A program made the position numbers and the translations under genes. Below are positions 1-12,800 of a stretch of 64,000 nucleotides of DNA, in pieces. Below the pieces are notes generated by a model. The model was not told where the DNA came from and did no database searches. It saw nothing but the letters and a program-made list of their open reading frames with translations. This DNA comes from Selaginella moellendorffii (lineage: Eukaryota; Plantae; Lycopodiophyta), in assembly GCF_000143415.4 (NCBI RefSeq), contig NW_003314345.1:142574-206573 (forward strand). The letters run 5' to 3'. Numbering within the stretch: position 1 is the stretch's first letter; each line of letters opens with the position of its first letter.

Positions 1-119
1 CGACAAGGGGCAATGCTCGTGCCAGGATTATTGGTGACAAGAACCCTCCCGAGGAACCTTAAAAGCAAGCGAGAGGCTAGTCGGTCGATCGATCGATTCG
101 GTTCTTGGCGCAGATTGGA

Positions 120-222
120 TCAATTCACTCGGCGTCAGTTCTTGCGGATCTGGCCGCTGGTACCCGTGCATCTTCACCATGCTTTGGACGAAATCCGCGT
201 CTTGATCGTCGCGGTAGCTGTC
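120..222 (-). pseudogene. Relic 3' end of a class III peroxidase
   Basis: Minus strand reads YRDDQDADFVQSMVKM..SGQIRKN*RRVN*. It matches the C-terminus of the peroxidase at 2982-3110, with deletions. Confidence 0.7.
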
Positions 223-239
223 TTGTCGCACAGTTTCAC

Positions 240-570
240 GATCCACAACAGAGCCACTAGACTTTGAGTACAATAGTATCCAGATAATGGATCTCGAAAG
301 AGCGATGCGCGCAGCCTCTTAGACACAAGCCCCACCTCGAAGTAGATGTAGTCGCGATTGGATTCAGCCACCCGTCACTCCCAGCCGCTCCTTGGCTTGG
401 ATCCCCGATAGATTCTAGATCTTGCCATAGCCCAGCTTCTCAGAGATGGGCCACACCAGATTCCGAAGCTGTGGTAGCATTTATGCTGGAGATGGACGAT
501 TGTTGTCGACCAGATTGGAGAAGACTGCCGGGGAGGCCATGATCTTCCGCTCTGGCAGAATCGCGTCAGC
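240..570 (-). pseudogene. Relic DUF538 gene
   Basis: ESNRDYIYFEVGLVSKRLRASLFRDP is nearly identical to the gene at 9137-9610. Many small deletions and frameshifts. Confidence 0.75.
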
Positions 571-1079
571 GACGAGTCAGCGAAGAGCGCAACATCTCTC
601 AGCTGGGCGCGATTCGGTTAAGGGGGGAGGAAGAGCTCCAGGAGCGATGCTCTCGCACAACAAGACTTTGGTAGCAGGGTTGGTAGAGGCGGACTTTCGT
701 CAGTAGCAATGTTCTAGATTTACATCTCAATCAAATGTATTTTTATTAAACATAAATAGTATGACGTGGCACGACCTATAACCGTTATATGGATTAGGGT
801 TTAGAAAGCTGAAAATGGCTGCCCAAGCTGCCAATGTTTTGTCTCCCAAGGAAATCCATTTGATCAGGGAGCATCTGTCCTCATCAAAAGTGGTTGAAGA
901 GGACATAGTCTACATGGAAGTGACAAACAAGTTGGAGGCACTGTTGGCAATTAAAAGTGGAGTTTCAAGCTAGTTTTTACTTGTTTCCATGTAACTATAC
1001 ACTTTTGATTGATAAACATGTATGTGCATTCCCATGTCCTAATGGACTAATACAAAAATTAGGCATGCCACCTCTTAAC

Positions 1080-2545
1080 AAGCTACTTTATGTGATTCTT
1101 TTATGTCTCAACTAGACTTAGTCTTGAAGTAAAAGTGATCATGGTCATCTATTGCAGATCAAGTTGATATCCAAATCTCCCCCTTGAGCTAAACATAGAA
1201 TAGAGTTGGGGAGGCACCACTGCTAATGGATCCCATTGTCAACCACCTTGTTGAAACACATGAGCCATTTATTCCTCCACTCATCTAGTTGACTGGGTTT
1301 TACTTGCTCTTTCACAATGGTGTAGTGGAGGCGCACAGTTGCAACACCATGAGGCCACAATGGCAAATAAATGTCCATTGAAGTGATAATAGTTATATAC
1401 TTCCTAGAGTGCTTATATTTATGTTGCTTTCCATATTGCCCAATGCCTCCCAAACTGACATGCCAACTTTAGTTTTTGTCACATCCCACCAAATTTGCAT
1501 TCCCCAACCATGTCATCCTCAACATTAAATGCATCTCCAAAGTGGACTTGTAGCCAGACCTCTTGTTCTTTCAAACCAATGAAGAATATCCTCACTCTTA
1601 GCTTCAAACTCTAGAATATCCTTGCCATTTTGAGAATTTGTCTCTATACCTCTTTTGCCATATCAGAATCCCAAAGTATGTATCACAATATTTTTATCTT
1701 TCTACATTTTTGCACTATCAATATATTTCATCATGAAAATGTTGTCCCATTAGTTACCCATTATTCACCACTAACTTGTAAACAACCAAAAAGAATAATT
1801 TGAAAAACAGTTTATAAAAGTTTGAATATAAAAAGAAATAATTTATTTGAAAAGGTTTATAATTAAAAGTGCATTTTTTTTTCCAATCAATTAAAGGTTT
1901 TAGAATTTTTATGGTTAAGCTATTGGGAAAAAAAAATCTAAATTTAGGAGTTATAAATTCAAGAGCTTACATAACCAATAGTTTCCAAAAGGCAAATATG
2001 TTAATCCACACTTGCTTAAACTCTTTGCTTAATCCACATCTCCCCACAAACCTCCTCTCGCACTTCTTTAACCTCAAACAAGACAAAGCTCCTTGCTCAC
2101 ACTTTGTTTACCTCAAACAAAAAGCTCCTCACTCACACTTCCTTTACCTCCAACAAGAAGAAGTTCCTTACTCATGGTTTCTATATTGTAGGATCCCAGT
2201 CTAAGTCCTCGATCAAATGCTATCACCACCATCTAAGTATTCCTTCCCCCTCGAGCATGGTCGTTGATTGAGCTACTGTCAACTGTTTCAGGGCCTGCCA
2301 TACCACTCAAATCCTCCCCTACCTTGTCGTCCATTGCCATCAGTATGTCTTGCTCATCACCCACCAGCAGCAACATATCATGCAGCCTACATTCCTCTCC
2401 AGGAACACTACAAACCACACCTCTATGTTGCCATCCTCCCAAGCTGGTGATGGAGCCGTGAACTCTGGTGTCCAAACCCTCAATCTAACTTGCTCTTTAT
2501 CTAGTTCCACTTTTCATTGCACCGCCACAAAGTCCCTAGGTTTAA
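1080..2545. mobile_element. Degenerate retroelement-like repeat
   Basis: Colinear, diverged similarity to 52270-53530 (e.g. gttgatatccaaat.tcccc, caaagtccc.aggttt.agaca). No intact ORF. Confidence 0.45.
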
Positions 2546-2602
2546 GACACCTCTTGCACCTTCAATTGAGATTGAGGGGTGGCTGGGGAGTTGGTAATTG
2601 CA

Positions 2603-2892
2603 TTTGAGATCGAGGCCAAATTGGAGCGGCTGGAGAGATCTATCCAGGAGGCTGGATACAAGCCCGATGATTTGCAGCTGGGTGAAGAAGAGGGCATCAC
2701 ATCTTCACAAGGCTCGCGATAGCGGGGGATGATTGCGATGGCCAATGCCACGACGTTGTGGAATGTGCGAGTCTGCTCTGATTGCCACGCCACCACGAAG
2801 ATCATCGCTAGGATCTCTAGCAGAAAGATCGTGGTGAGGGGTTCTAGCCGATTCCACTACTTCGACAAGGATTGCTTGTGCAAGGGTTATTG
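2603..2892 (+). pseudogene. Relic PPR DYW deaminase domain
   Basis: EAGYKPD...LAIAGMI...NVRVCSDCHATTKIIARISSRKIVVRGSSRFHYFDKDCLCKGYW. The HxE region is frameshifted and no PPR array lies upstream. Confidence 0.75.
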
Positions 2893-2981
2893 GAGAGGAC
2901 AAAAAACGAAGAACCCTAAAAACAGAGCACTGCGCGAGAACGAAGAGGCTATTCGATCGATCGATTCTAAGATGAGATGGA

Positions 2982-4177
<1,196 letters not shown>

Positions 4178-4231
4178 TTATAGCGAGACCCGGTCTGATC
4201 TCCGGTCCCATCCACTCGACCAAACCCATAG

Positions 4232-4233
<2 letters not shown>

Positions 4234-4262
<29 letters not shown>
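4234..4262. repeat. (GA)n microsatellite
   Basis: About 14 GA units read directly. Confidence 0.9.
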
Positions 4263-4265
<3 letters not shown>

Positions 4266-4663
4266 AGCACCGCAAGCTTGAGACGTCGCCGCGAGCGATC
4301 AGCCGCGTCAAAATCCATCCAAAACGAAGCGCGCCAACCGCGATCTCGATTGACGACGCTTGCGACCAATCCATTCTCTCCAGCTTGTGAGAAACTTCTT
4401 CTTTCTGTTCGATCTGCTCCACTGTGACGAAAGGTGAGTCGTAGCGAGCGAGCGATCGCGCGGCCCCGTACTGCACGAAACGATGCCCCACGAACAGACA
4501 AGGATCCCCAGACACAAACTTTTTTAAATGGAGAAGCCGCGCGCGAACTCCCATACAAACCTAAGGAGTTTATTGTCTGGAATGGATGGTTTGCTCGAAG
4601 GTCACCATAGAATTTGGTCGTAAGACTCGACGTAGGCTTTTCCAAGTTATACGTCTTTGTTCT

Positions 4664-6658
4664 TTAGGTGGTGTACGACCACATGTTGGCTATCAGTGAG
4701 TAGAAAGCACTGCTAGGCACTGACGGATAGCTTGAGTTCTTCTTGCCATCGTCATGGTCGAAAACTTTGCCATTGTCTCGCGAGAGATTGCTTCTCGCGT
4801 AGCCTCCCAGCAAGCACGTCCACTCTAGGTCGCTGGGCACAAACGGCATGTTTTGCATGGCATCCTGGGCATCTCGCGAGTGCGCAGATCGGGCAAGCAG
4901 ATCCACCACGCCAGTGTAGTGATCTTTAGAAGGCTCCAGCCCAAAGTCCACCACCATCGACATCAGAAACTTGCGAGCACTCGAAACCTTTCCGGCATGG
5001 CTGCAAGCGATGAGCAGCGATGTGAAGCACGAATCACTTGCGCGGCCTATCTTCACGTCGCCACCATTCGTGATCATCGTGTGAAATGTGAGCATCGTCG
5101 CTGATTCCAGTTTGTTGTAGGCATAGCCCGCGATCATGACGCTCCACGCAAGTCCATCTCTCTCCGGCATGGCATCAAACACCGCCTTGGCCTGATCGAT
5201 GTGCCCGTTCCATGCATACGCTGTCAGCATTGCCGTCCACAGCGCTGGGTTCCTCTCGGGCATTCCTTCCAGGGAATGTCTTGCCTCGTCAAGATGCCCA
5301 TCAAGCCCATACAGTGGTAGCATCACTGCCCAGCTCACAGCGTTTTGCTCGGGCATCTCTGCTAGCAGCTTCTTGGCCTCCTCCACACACCCGTTTCTAG
5401 CGTAAGTCTGGAGCATCGACGTCCAGGAGATCAAGTCCCGGAGAGGCATTGCCTCAAACAACCTCTTGGCTTCGCTCAAGCACCCACACTTTCCATACAC
5501 GAAAAGCATTGAGTTGAAGGACGGAAGGTCCAGCTGAGGCATCGAATCCAGCACACGCCTCGCCTGCTCCAAATCTCCAGCTTGAGCATATGCAGCGAGC
5601 AACGAGCTCCATGAGAGCACATTCACTTGCGGCATTCGATCAAAAGTGGCTTTGGTCTCGGCGACGTGATGCCGGCTGTAGGCGGCGAGCATGGCGTTCC
5701 ACGCGATTAGATCTCTCTCAGGCAAGCGATCGAAGAGGAGCTTGGCGTCCTCCAAGCGATCGCTCTGAGCATACGCATGCAAGAGTGTAGTCCACGAGAC
5801 TAGATCTAGTTGCGGCATGGAGTGTAGAATGATCCTAGCTTCGTCAACCCTCTCACACTGTACGTAGGCCATTAGGAGCGCATTCCAAGCAACTAGATTT
5901 GTTTGAGGCATTGTGTCGAACAAGGCTTTAGCGCTTTCCAAATGCCCGTGCTGGGCATAAGCGGCAAGCATTGCAGTGCAGGATATGAGGTCGTGCTCTG
6001 GCATTTCTTCGCTAAAGACTGCCCATGCATGCACGAGACCTTTGCTCTCAATAATGGTTCCCAGCATTGTCGTCCATGACACGATGTTCCACATCGGCAT
6101 TGCCTCAAACAAGTCCTTGGCTCTTACAACATGCCCTTCACGGGCATATGCAGACAAGAGCACGGACCAGGAAACAAGATCCTTTTGTGGGAGCAAGTCG
6201 AAAGCCCTCTTTGCTTCGTCTCGAGATCCATTCTGTGTGTAAGCAGCCAAGATTGTGTTCCATGAAACAAGACTATGCTGGGGCATAGAATCAAACACTT
6301 CTTCAGCCTCCACAAGATGGCCTGCTTCGGCAACTGCACGAAGAAGAATGTTCCATGAAACGACGCTGGGCTGTGGCATCGCGCGGAAGAATTCTCGGGC
6401 CTGGTCGAGCTGCCGGTTGCTGGTGTAGGCTAAGAGCATCATGTCCCAGGAGAAGGAATCATTTTTTACTTGGTTCTTGTCGAAGATCTGGCGTGCCAGG
6501 GCGGGGCTTCCACACCTGGCGTACATTTCAATCAGCTTGTTTGCGAGGAAGGAGTCGGAGCTTGCGGAGAGAAAGGAATGGGCTGCCAAGTGAATCTCTT
6601 TTGCATCATTGAGCGTTCTGCAAGATTGAATGGCTTCCACAAGCTGCCTCCTCTCCAT
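4664..6658 (-). CDS. PLS-class pentatricopeptide repeat protein ending in an E-type motif, no DYW domain
   Basis: Single-exon 664-aa ORF with many 31-aa repeats (DLVSWNAMLAAYAQ.G..EA..LFD.MP), ending EPSKDHYTGVVDLLARS...MPFVPSDLEWTCLLG. Confidence 0.92.
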   Translation of the reverse strand: MERRQLVEAIQSCRTLNDAKEIHLAAHSFLSASSDSFLANKLIEMYARCGSPALARQIFDKNQVKNDSFSWDMMLLAYTSNRQLDQAREFFRAMPQPSVVSWNILLRAVAEAGHLVEAEEVFDSMPQHSLVSWNTILAAYTQNGSRDEAKRAFDLLPQKDLVSWSVLLSAYAREGHVVRAKDLFEAMPMWNIVSWTTMLGTIIESKGLVHAWAVFSEEMPEHDLISCTAMLAAYAQHGHLESAKALFDTMPQTNLVAWNALLMAYVQCERVDEARIILHSMPQLDLVSWTTLLHAYAQSDRLEDAKLLFDRLPERDLIAWNAMLAAYSRHHVAETKATFDRMPQVNVLSWSSLLAAYAQAGDLEQARRVLDSMPQLDLPSFNSMLFVYGKCGCLSEAKRLFEAMPLRDLISWTSMLQTYARNGCVEEAKKLLAEMPEQNAVSWAVMLPLYGLDGHLDEARHSLEGMPERNPALWTAMLTAYAWNGHIDQAKAVFDAMPERDGLAWSVMIAGYAYNKLESATMLTFHTMITNGGDVKIGRASDSCFTSLLIACSHAGKVSSARKFLMSMVVDFGLEPSKDHYTGVVDLLARSAHSRDAQDAMQNMPFVPSDLEWTCLLGGYARSNLSRDNGKVFDHDDGKKNSSYPSVPSSAFYSLIANMWSYTT

Positions 6659-7131
6659 TCATCATTAAAAATTTCTCTCGAGTTTGAGACGTTGGAGCAA
6701 TAAAGTAAATCGACCCTATAGGGTTTTCCTGTTCAGATTTTCACTTGTAGCATCTCTTCTTATTTGTCTCTCTCCCCGGGACGTGATGGAGAACTTCCAG
6801 AGCTCCAAATGATCTATTGAAGATCATGAAAGCATTAGAGAGCCTTTGAAAGTTCTCCATTGCCTCTTGGGAGGGGAGACATGGACATGGACATGGCGGG
6901 TCTTCTTTGCATGCTTCATGAAATCCTTTCTCTCTCTGTTTGTTCACCCGTGTTCTTGCTCACAATAAATTCGGACAGCCCCTCTAGTTTTCTATCTGAG
7001 AATCAAAGAAAATGCATTCTACTTTTTTTCTTCTTTTAATCTAAAAGGATTCACTTCACAAAATCTTAGTACTTACTTGGAAGAATGAATGAATCAAAGG
7101 CTAAAAACGCTACAGCAACTAAGACCCTGCT

Positions 7132-8983
7132 TCAGTACTTGTGATTGACGAACCGGCACTCCTTCCTGATCTGGCCCTCCGATCCCAGCAGCGGCTTGAT
7201 GGCAGCCATCCTCACCATGGACGCTACAAACTCCTGGAAGAACTTTGCCTGGTCGTAGGCAAATGCCGTAACCAGTGCGCTGGTGGGAGCATACGGCGCA
7301 AACAGCACCTGGTCCGACGTAAGAACACCCTTGTGAAGCTCCAGATCGACGAAGAAGTGATTGTCAAACTTGGTGGGAGTGACGATGTCCAGAGGCGTCG
7401 TCTCCTGCGCGTTGCCTTTGGGAGGACAAATGTGCTCGAGGCTGCGGAGGAGCGCCGGGTCGATGCTCGGATCTGGCCGACGAGTTCCCGCAAAGTTGTA
7501 GAGGCGCTGCCGGAAGCTGGCGCAGCGTGACACGCCAATGGTGTGAGAGCCCGTCAGTGCCACCAAGTCCACGATGGACAGGCCCTTCTTGGCAAATGCG
7601 GCGATGAGCTGCGGAAGCGTCGAGTTGGGAGGCGGGATGTCTCTGTTGGCCAGGCTGCGGCTCGCAGTCAGGCTGTCTCGACGACCAAGATGAACTTCCC
7701 ACGACGGGCCTCCAGTCTGATTCATGCCACACAGAAAAGAAGTGAGATCAAAGATTAGTATCGAAGTACGTACCAGGACGACCGAGTCCCGTGCAGCAAT
7801 GGCGAGAACGTCGGCACAAGAAACAACACCCTCGCATTCCTTCTCCAGAGCTGCCTTGATCTCGTCAATGACTTCGAAGCCACGAGCCGAGTTCCTGTTG
7901 GGATTGGCGGTCTTTTCTCCTTTGAAAGTATGCGTATCGTCCAGAAGTATGGAAGCATCACATCCCTGCAAGAAATTCACATCTTATTCTCATAAAAAAC
8001 AAAGAAAAACAAAGAAAAAAGAATGCAACAACTTACCAGAACGAAACAATCGTGAAACTGAAGCCTGAGAATGTTTGCAGCAGTTCTGGAATCCTTTTCC
8101 ACGGCCTGCTGCAAGACTTCCTTCACGATAGACTCGGCAGCGGGGCACTTCTCCTTGTAGAAGCCAGGCCGCAACACAGCAATTCCCATCTCCGCAGAAG
8201 TAGCACCACCGGGAAATGGAAATGGTCGTCCTCCTGGGAATGGAAAACCCCGTCCTGCTGGGAATGGAAAGCCTCCCACGCCAGGCCTCGGTATCATGCC
8301 ACCGGGAAGTAAACCCGGGATGGCTGGAAACTTTGGAACTTGCTCCTTCGGAACTACTGGATACTCCGGAACCTTTGGCACTTCGGGGACCGGCTGCTTG
8401 GGAAGAATCTCGGGAACTACTGGATACTCCGGAACCTTTGGAACTTCGGGGACCGGCTGCTTGGGAGGAATCTCGGGAACTACTGGATATTCCGGAACCT
8501 TTGGAACTTCCGGGACCGGCTGCTTGGAAGGAATCTCCGGAACTACTGGATACTCCGGAACCTTTGGAACGGGAACTTCTGGAACTTTGGGACCTTCTGG
8601 CACTTTGGGTGGAATTTCTGGAACTGTGGGTATTTCTGGAGGAACCTCCGGTACCTTGGGAATGATTGGAACTGCTGGAACTTTGGGAACCTCCGGAACC
8701 TTTGGAACTTCTGGAATGACTGGAACCTCTGGAACCTTTGGAACTTCTGGAACGACTGGAACTTCCTTCGGCGGGACCTTTGGAACGATCGGGATCTCTG
8801 GAATCCTGGGGATCTCCGGATCTTAGGAATCGGAATGGTGATCTCTCGTATCTCTTGCGCGCCACTAGCTCCTGGAAAGAATCCATCACCAAGCTGTGGC
8901 GGGATAAATCCTTGGAACCCGCAAATCCCCCTCATCCACTGCCCAAGGAAAAGAACGCGTAGCGGGACGAGAAGAGGATCCAT
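7132..8983 (-). CDS. Class III peroxidase with a long N-terminal proline-rich (PEVPK/PEYP) repeat domain; one apparent 1-nt frameshift near 8820 (exons about 8983-8037, 7965-7774, 7716-7132)
   Basis: Complete peroxidase motifs ([40 protein letters not shown]) are in frame with the repeat ORF. A hydrophobic N-terminus starts at ATG 8983 with a TATA box about 40 bp upstream. Confidence 0.85.
8345..8570 (-). repeat. 63-bp coding tandem repeat (PEVPKVPEYPVVPEIPPKQPV, about 3.5 copies)
   Basis: ggaactactggata recurs near 8351, 8413, 8476 and 8539. Confidence 0.9.
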
Positions 8984-9019
8984 GGCTGGAGAAGAAATCT
9001 CGCAGCAATCCTCTGGCGC

Positions 9020-9027
9020 TTATATAG
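9020..9027 (-). promoter_or_regulatory. TATA box of the Pro-rich peroxidase
   Basis: ctatataa on the minus strand, about 40 bp upstream of ATG 8983. Confidence 0.6.
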
Positions 9028-9136
9028 CAGCTCCATTCTACCATCGTAGAAATGCGAGAAGAAATCACCGCGGGAGATTCCTTCTCCCCTACTAGCGAAT
9101 AGCTAACCCTAACCTAATCGCGCCCAGAGGTGAGAG

Positions 9137-9610
9137 ATGATGTTCGTGGTTGCGCCATTGCTCTTCTTCCTGGCATCGCTGCCTCGATTGTCCGCCGCTG
9201 ACGCCATTCTCCCCAGCGCCGAGGTGTCGCGATTCTTGGAAGAGCATGGCCTTCCCGGCGGTCTTCTCCCCAATCTGGTCACCAGCTACTCGCTGCGCGA
9301 CAACAATTCCACATTCGTCGTCCATCTCCAGCACGAATGCTACCACCGCTTCGAGAATCTGGTGTGGTATGGCACTACCATCTCTGGGAAGCTGGGCTAT
9401 GGCAAGATCGAGAATCTATCGGGAATCCAGGCCAAGGAGCTCTTCCTGTGGCTGGGAGTGACGGGAATTCGCGTGGATGAATCCAACCGAGACTACATCT
9501 ACTTTGAGGTGGGGATTGTGTCCAAGAGGCTGCGCGCATCGCTCTTTCGAGATCCACCATCGTGCTCAAAGTCTAGTGGCTCTCTTGTGGATCTACACGA
9601 GGCAATCTAG
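9137..9610 (+). CDS. DUF538 family secreted protein
   Basis: Signal peptide, LEEHGLPGGLLP, and ISGKLGYGKIENLSGIQAKELFLW...IYFEVG. Confidence 0.92.
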   Translation: MMFVVAPLLFFLASLPRLSAADAILPSAEVSRFLEEHGLPGGLLPNLVTSYSLRDNNSTFVVHLQHECYHRFENLVWYGTTISGKLGYGKIENLSGIQAKELFLWLGVTGIRVDESNRDYIYFEVGIVSKRLRASLFRDPPSCSKSSGSLVDLHEAI

Positions 9611-9742
9611 AGTTTTAGTTCCTCGTCTTCTTCCTGGTGTACGTATAAGTGCTCTTTCAAGAGCCTCCATCGTGCTCAAAGTCTAGTGGTTCTCTTGTGG
9701 ATCTAGATAAGTTTAATCTAGAGTTTTGGTTCCTCGTGTTCT
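9556..9742 (+). repeat. Local duplication of the DUF538 3' end
   Basis: ccatcgtgctcaaagtctagtgg.tctcttgtggatcta...aatctagagtttt occurs twice (about 9557 and 9668). Confidence 0.75.
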
Positions 9743-9836
9743 TCGTGTTCTATGTATCTTTTTGTTATTAAGATAATTCGAAGTGTCACACTCTTGGTGT
9801 TCTTGGTGTCACTTTGATCCATCGAGAAGAAACGAA

Positions 9837-12800
9837 CTAGAAGATCGAGGATTGCTCCAGCCTCCGTCTCTCCTTTTGCCTCGCGCGTCGAGCTTTTCTC
9901 CTGAGCGTTGCCACCGACGGCGGCCTCACCTCCTCGTCCAGTTCCACGTAGTGTTTCTCTGGCATAAGACTACCATCCCACTCTATCACCGCTTGAGCTC
10001 CTCCATTTCTATCCCAGTGTTCTTGCTCACTGAAAGTAGGCTTCTTCTTCTTCCGCTCCATTCTCTCCTCTTGCTTTTCCTTCTCCAGTCCTTGCTTCTC
10101 GTGATATGGCCGCTCCTCCTCATGAACTTGCTGCTGCCCATCCTGGATCTGTTCTAGTGCTTGACGCTTCTTCTTCTTCTTCTTCTTCGGGTTCTCGGAG
10201 AGCTCAGAATTTTTGTCCTCCGCAAAAACCAGCTGGTTCTTCTCTTTCCTCTCGGCCACCAAAGTTTCCTTTTCCACTCCATCCGGTTCAAGCCCCTTCC
10301 GTTTCTTCTTCCGTTTCTTAACGTGCTCTACATTCTCTTCTTCTGCTTGAGGCTGCTCTTGCCCCTGCTCCACCTGAGCTTCTCCATCTTGTTCTAGCTC
10401 CTTACGCTTCTTCTTCCGTTTCTTAACGTGCTCTACATTCTCTTCTTCTGCTTGAGGCTGCTCTTGCCCCTGCTCCACCTGAGCTTCTCCATCTTGTTCT
10501 AGCTCCTTACGCTTCTTCTTCCGTTTCTTGACGGGCTCAGCTTGAAGCTGGTTTTCCCTTTCGTCCTCAATATGCTGCTGCTCTTCCTGTTCGACTTCCT
10601 TCCGCGTCTCCTTCCGGTTCTTGACGACCTCGAGACTCGGTTGAAACGGATTTATCTCTTTTTCCGACAAAGTTCCCTTCTCCGAGCACTGTTCTTGCTG
10701 CTGCTGGTCCGTCTGAGTTCGTCCATCGTACTCCAAACTCTTTTGCTCTGCTTGAAGCTGGTTCGTTTCCTTTTCCCCCTGGATTTGTTTCTTCTTGCCT
10801 GCAAGCTTTACTTTCACTGGCCACTCCCGCTCTTCTTGCTGCTCGTGCTGCGCCTGAGCCCCTCCATCCTGGACTAGCTCTTGTTCTGTCTCCTGGCTTT
10901 CGGACTTCTTGCGTAAATAGTTCTCGGCCTGAAGCTTCTCAGCCGCGAGAGTTTGGTTATCTTGGGCCTGCTCCTGTTTTAGCTCGACGAGATTGAGGGG
11001 TGCTTTCTCGTTGTTTGTCCCGCAGACAGCTCCGGTAGATCCTGCCTCCAATTGCTGCTGTTCATCTGACACTTTCTGGATATGTGCTTGCTCGCAGTGC
11101 TCTCTACTTCTCTGCTGCTTATCGCCCATGGATTCATTGTTTGCCTGGTTATCGCCCGCCACCTTTTCTTTCTTTATCTGGCAGACAGCCTCCATAGGTG
11201 CCTTCTCGCATAGCTCGTTTTGTCTCTGCGGCACCGCCGTGGACTCCTTGTTTGTCTGACACGAAGCCCCAGTGAGTACTTTCTCGCAGTTCTCGTTTCC
11301 TCGCTGCTGGTTCATTTCTGTGGCTTCGAGCTCGCCTCTTCTCTTCTGCAGCTTATTCTCCGCCACCTTTCCTGTGGACTCCTTACACGGAGCTTCTGAG
11401 GCTGTTCTCCCGCAGTGCTCTCTTTTAGGCTGCCGCATCACCGTCGACTCATTGTTTGTCTCGCAGCGCTGGCTACCCATTTCTCTTAATTCCTTGTCCT
11501 TCTGACAAGCAGCACTGGCTGCCGGAAAAGATGGACCATTTTCGAGCCCTTCACCACTACCATCCGGCTCCATCTTCACGCGAGTTGCAGCAGCTTGAGT
11601 AGCAACCCGTTTCTCGCTGGCTGCGTTTGCAGCATTCTCAATCTTCACTTCGGCTCGACTAACTTTCGCTCGATTTTCTTGCTTTTGGAGCTCCTTCACG
11701 CCATCCACCGAACGGACACCCGGTTGTCGATCGCCATGGTGACGCTCTTTCTCCGCGTCATGTCCGTCTCTCCGATCACCACCACGGTGACATTCTTTCT
11801 CCCCGTCATGTCGACTCCTCCTCGCTTCTTGATCATATATCTGGCTTGGACGAGCCTCCTCATGTCGGTGCTTCTCGTAGTTCCTGTTGTACTTAGAATC
11901 CTCCTGTCGGTGCCTCGCTACTTCGCTACTAGGACCTGCGAGCAAGTTTTACACATTTACATCAGGATACTATTTACACTTCGCTTACCCTCAGAGGTCA
12001 CGTTTGATGGCCTTTCCAGCAAGTAAGGAAACAGGCCAGCTTGCTCTAAGCGATGGAACAGACTTCTTCTATATGCACTACCTGGATATGAATCAGCATG
12101 AAGAGACAATTTGTGCCAAGAAACGATAGCTTCTACGTACATTTTCGGATTGAATCAGACAACAAAATGCAGCGGTCCCGAGCTTTTGCCAACGCGATCA
12201 GTATCTCCGCCTCTGCAATCTACAAGTACCAGGCATTATTTAGAAAACATGCTGTGAAGCATCCTACCCCGGCTGCATCATCTGCAAACATAAAAGTTGG
12301 GTTACATCGAAAACAAAAACCAAAGGACGAAAGCATGAGAGCAAAGCATACCGATGAGCACCAGATCGAATTTGCAGTTCCATTTCTCCAGATGGAAACT
12401 ATCACTGCAGGAGAGGGTGGTGCAAACAACGGATGCGTTGCTCAGCACGTTTTCCTCGGCAATATAATACGAACTGTAGGCCCGCTGTTCACTGATAATG
12501 ATGCCCTCGAGGGTCAAGCCATGGCAATGCCTGTCGATCTTTTCCATCGGACCAACACGAACGATTGTTCCCCGGCGAGGAACGTAGGCCTGGCCATCAC
12601 TGTCCAAGAGTCTGCTTGAGAGACTCAACGCTATCTGGTCCACAGCATTGTTGTATGGTGCGCACACAAGTATCTTCGCACTAGAAACACAGAGAGACCC
12701 TTGCATATAAGATCACACAAAAGAAAAACTTACTATCGGGTCGCACACAATGCCGCAGACACAATTCCTGGAAAAACGTAAGTAAGCAACAGATCAATGC

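Noticed and set aside
6741-6947. 68-aa ORF with PPCPCPC
   Set aside because: Non-ATG start, no recognisable family, and it lies in the peroxidase 3' / PPR promoter interval.
8296-9095. Plus-strand GTSGT- and WNFWN-repeat ORFs, or a CRISPR-like array
   Set aside because: These are antisense shadows of the Pro-rich coding repeat. The units are contiguous with no unique spacers.
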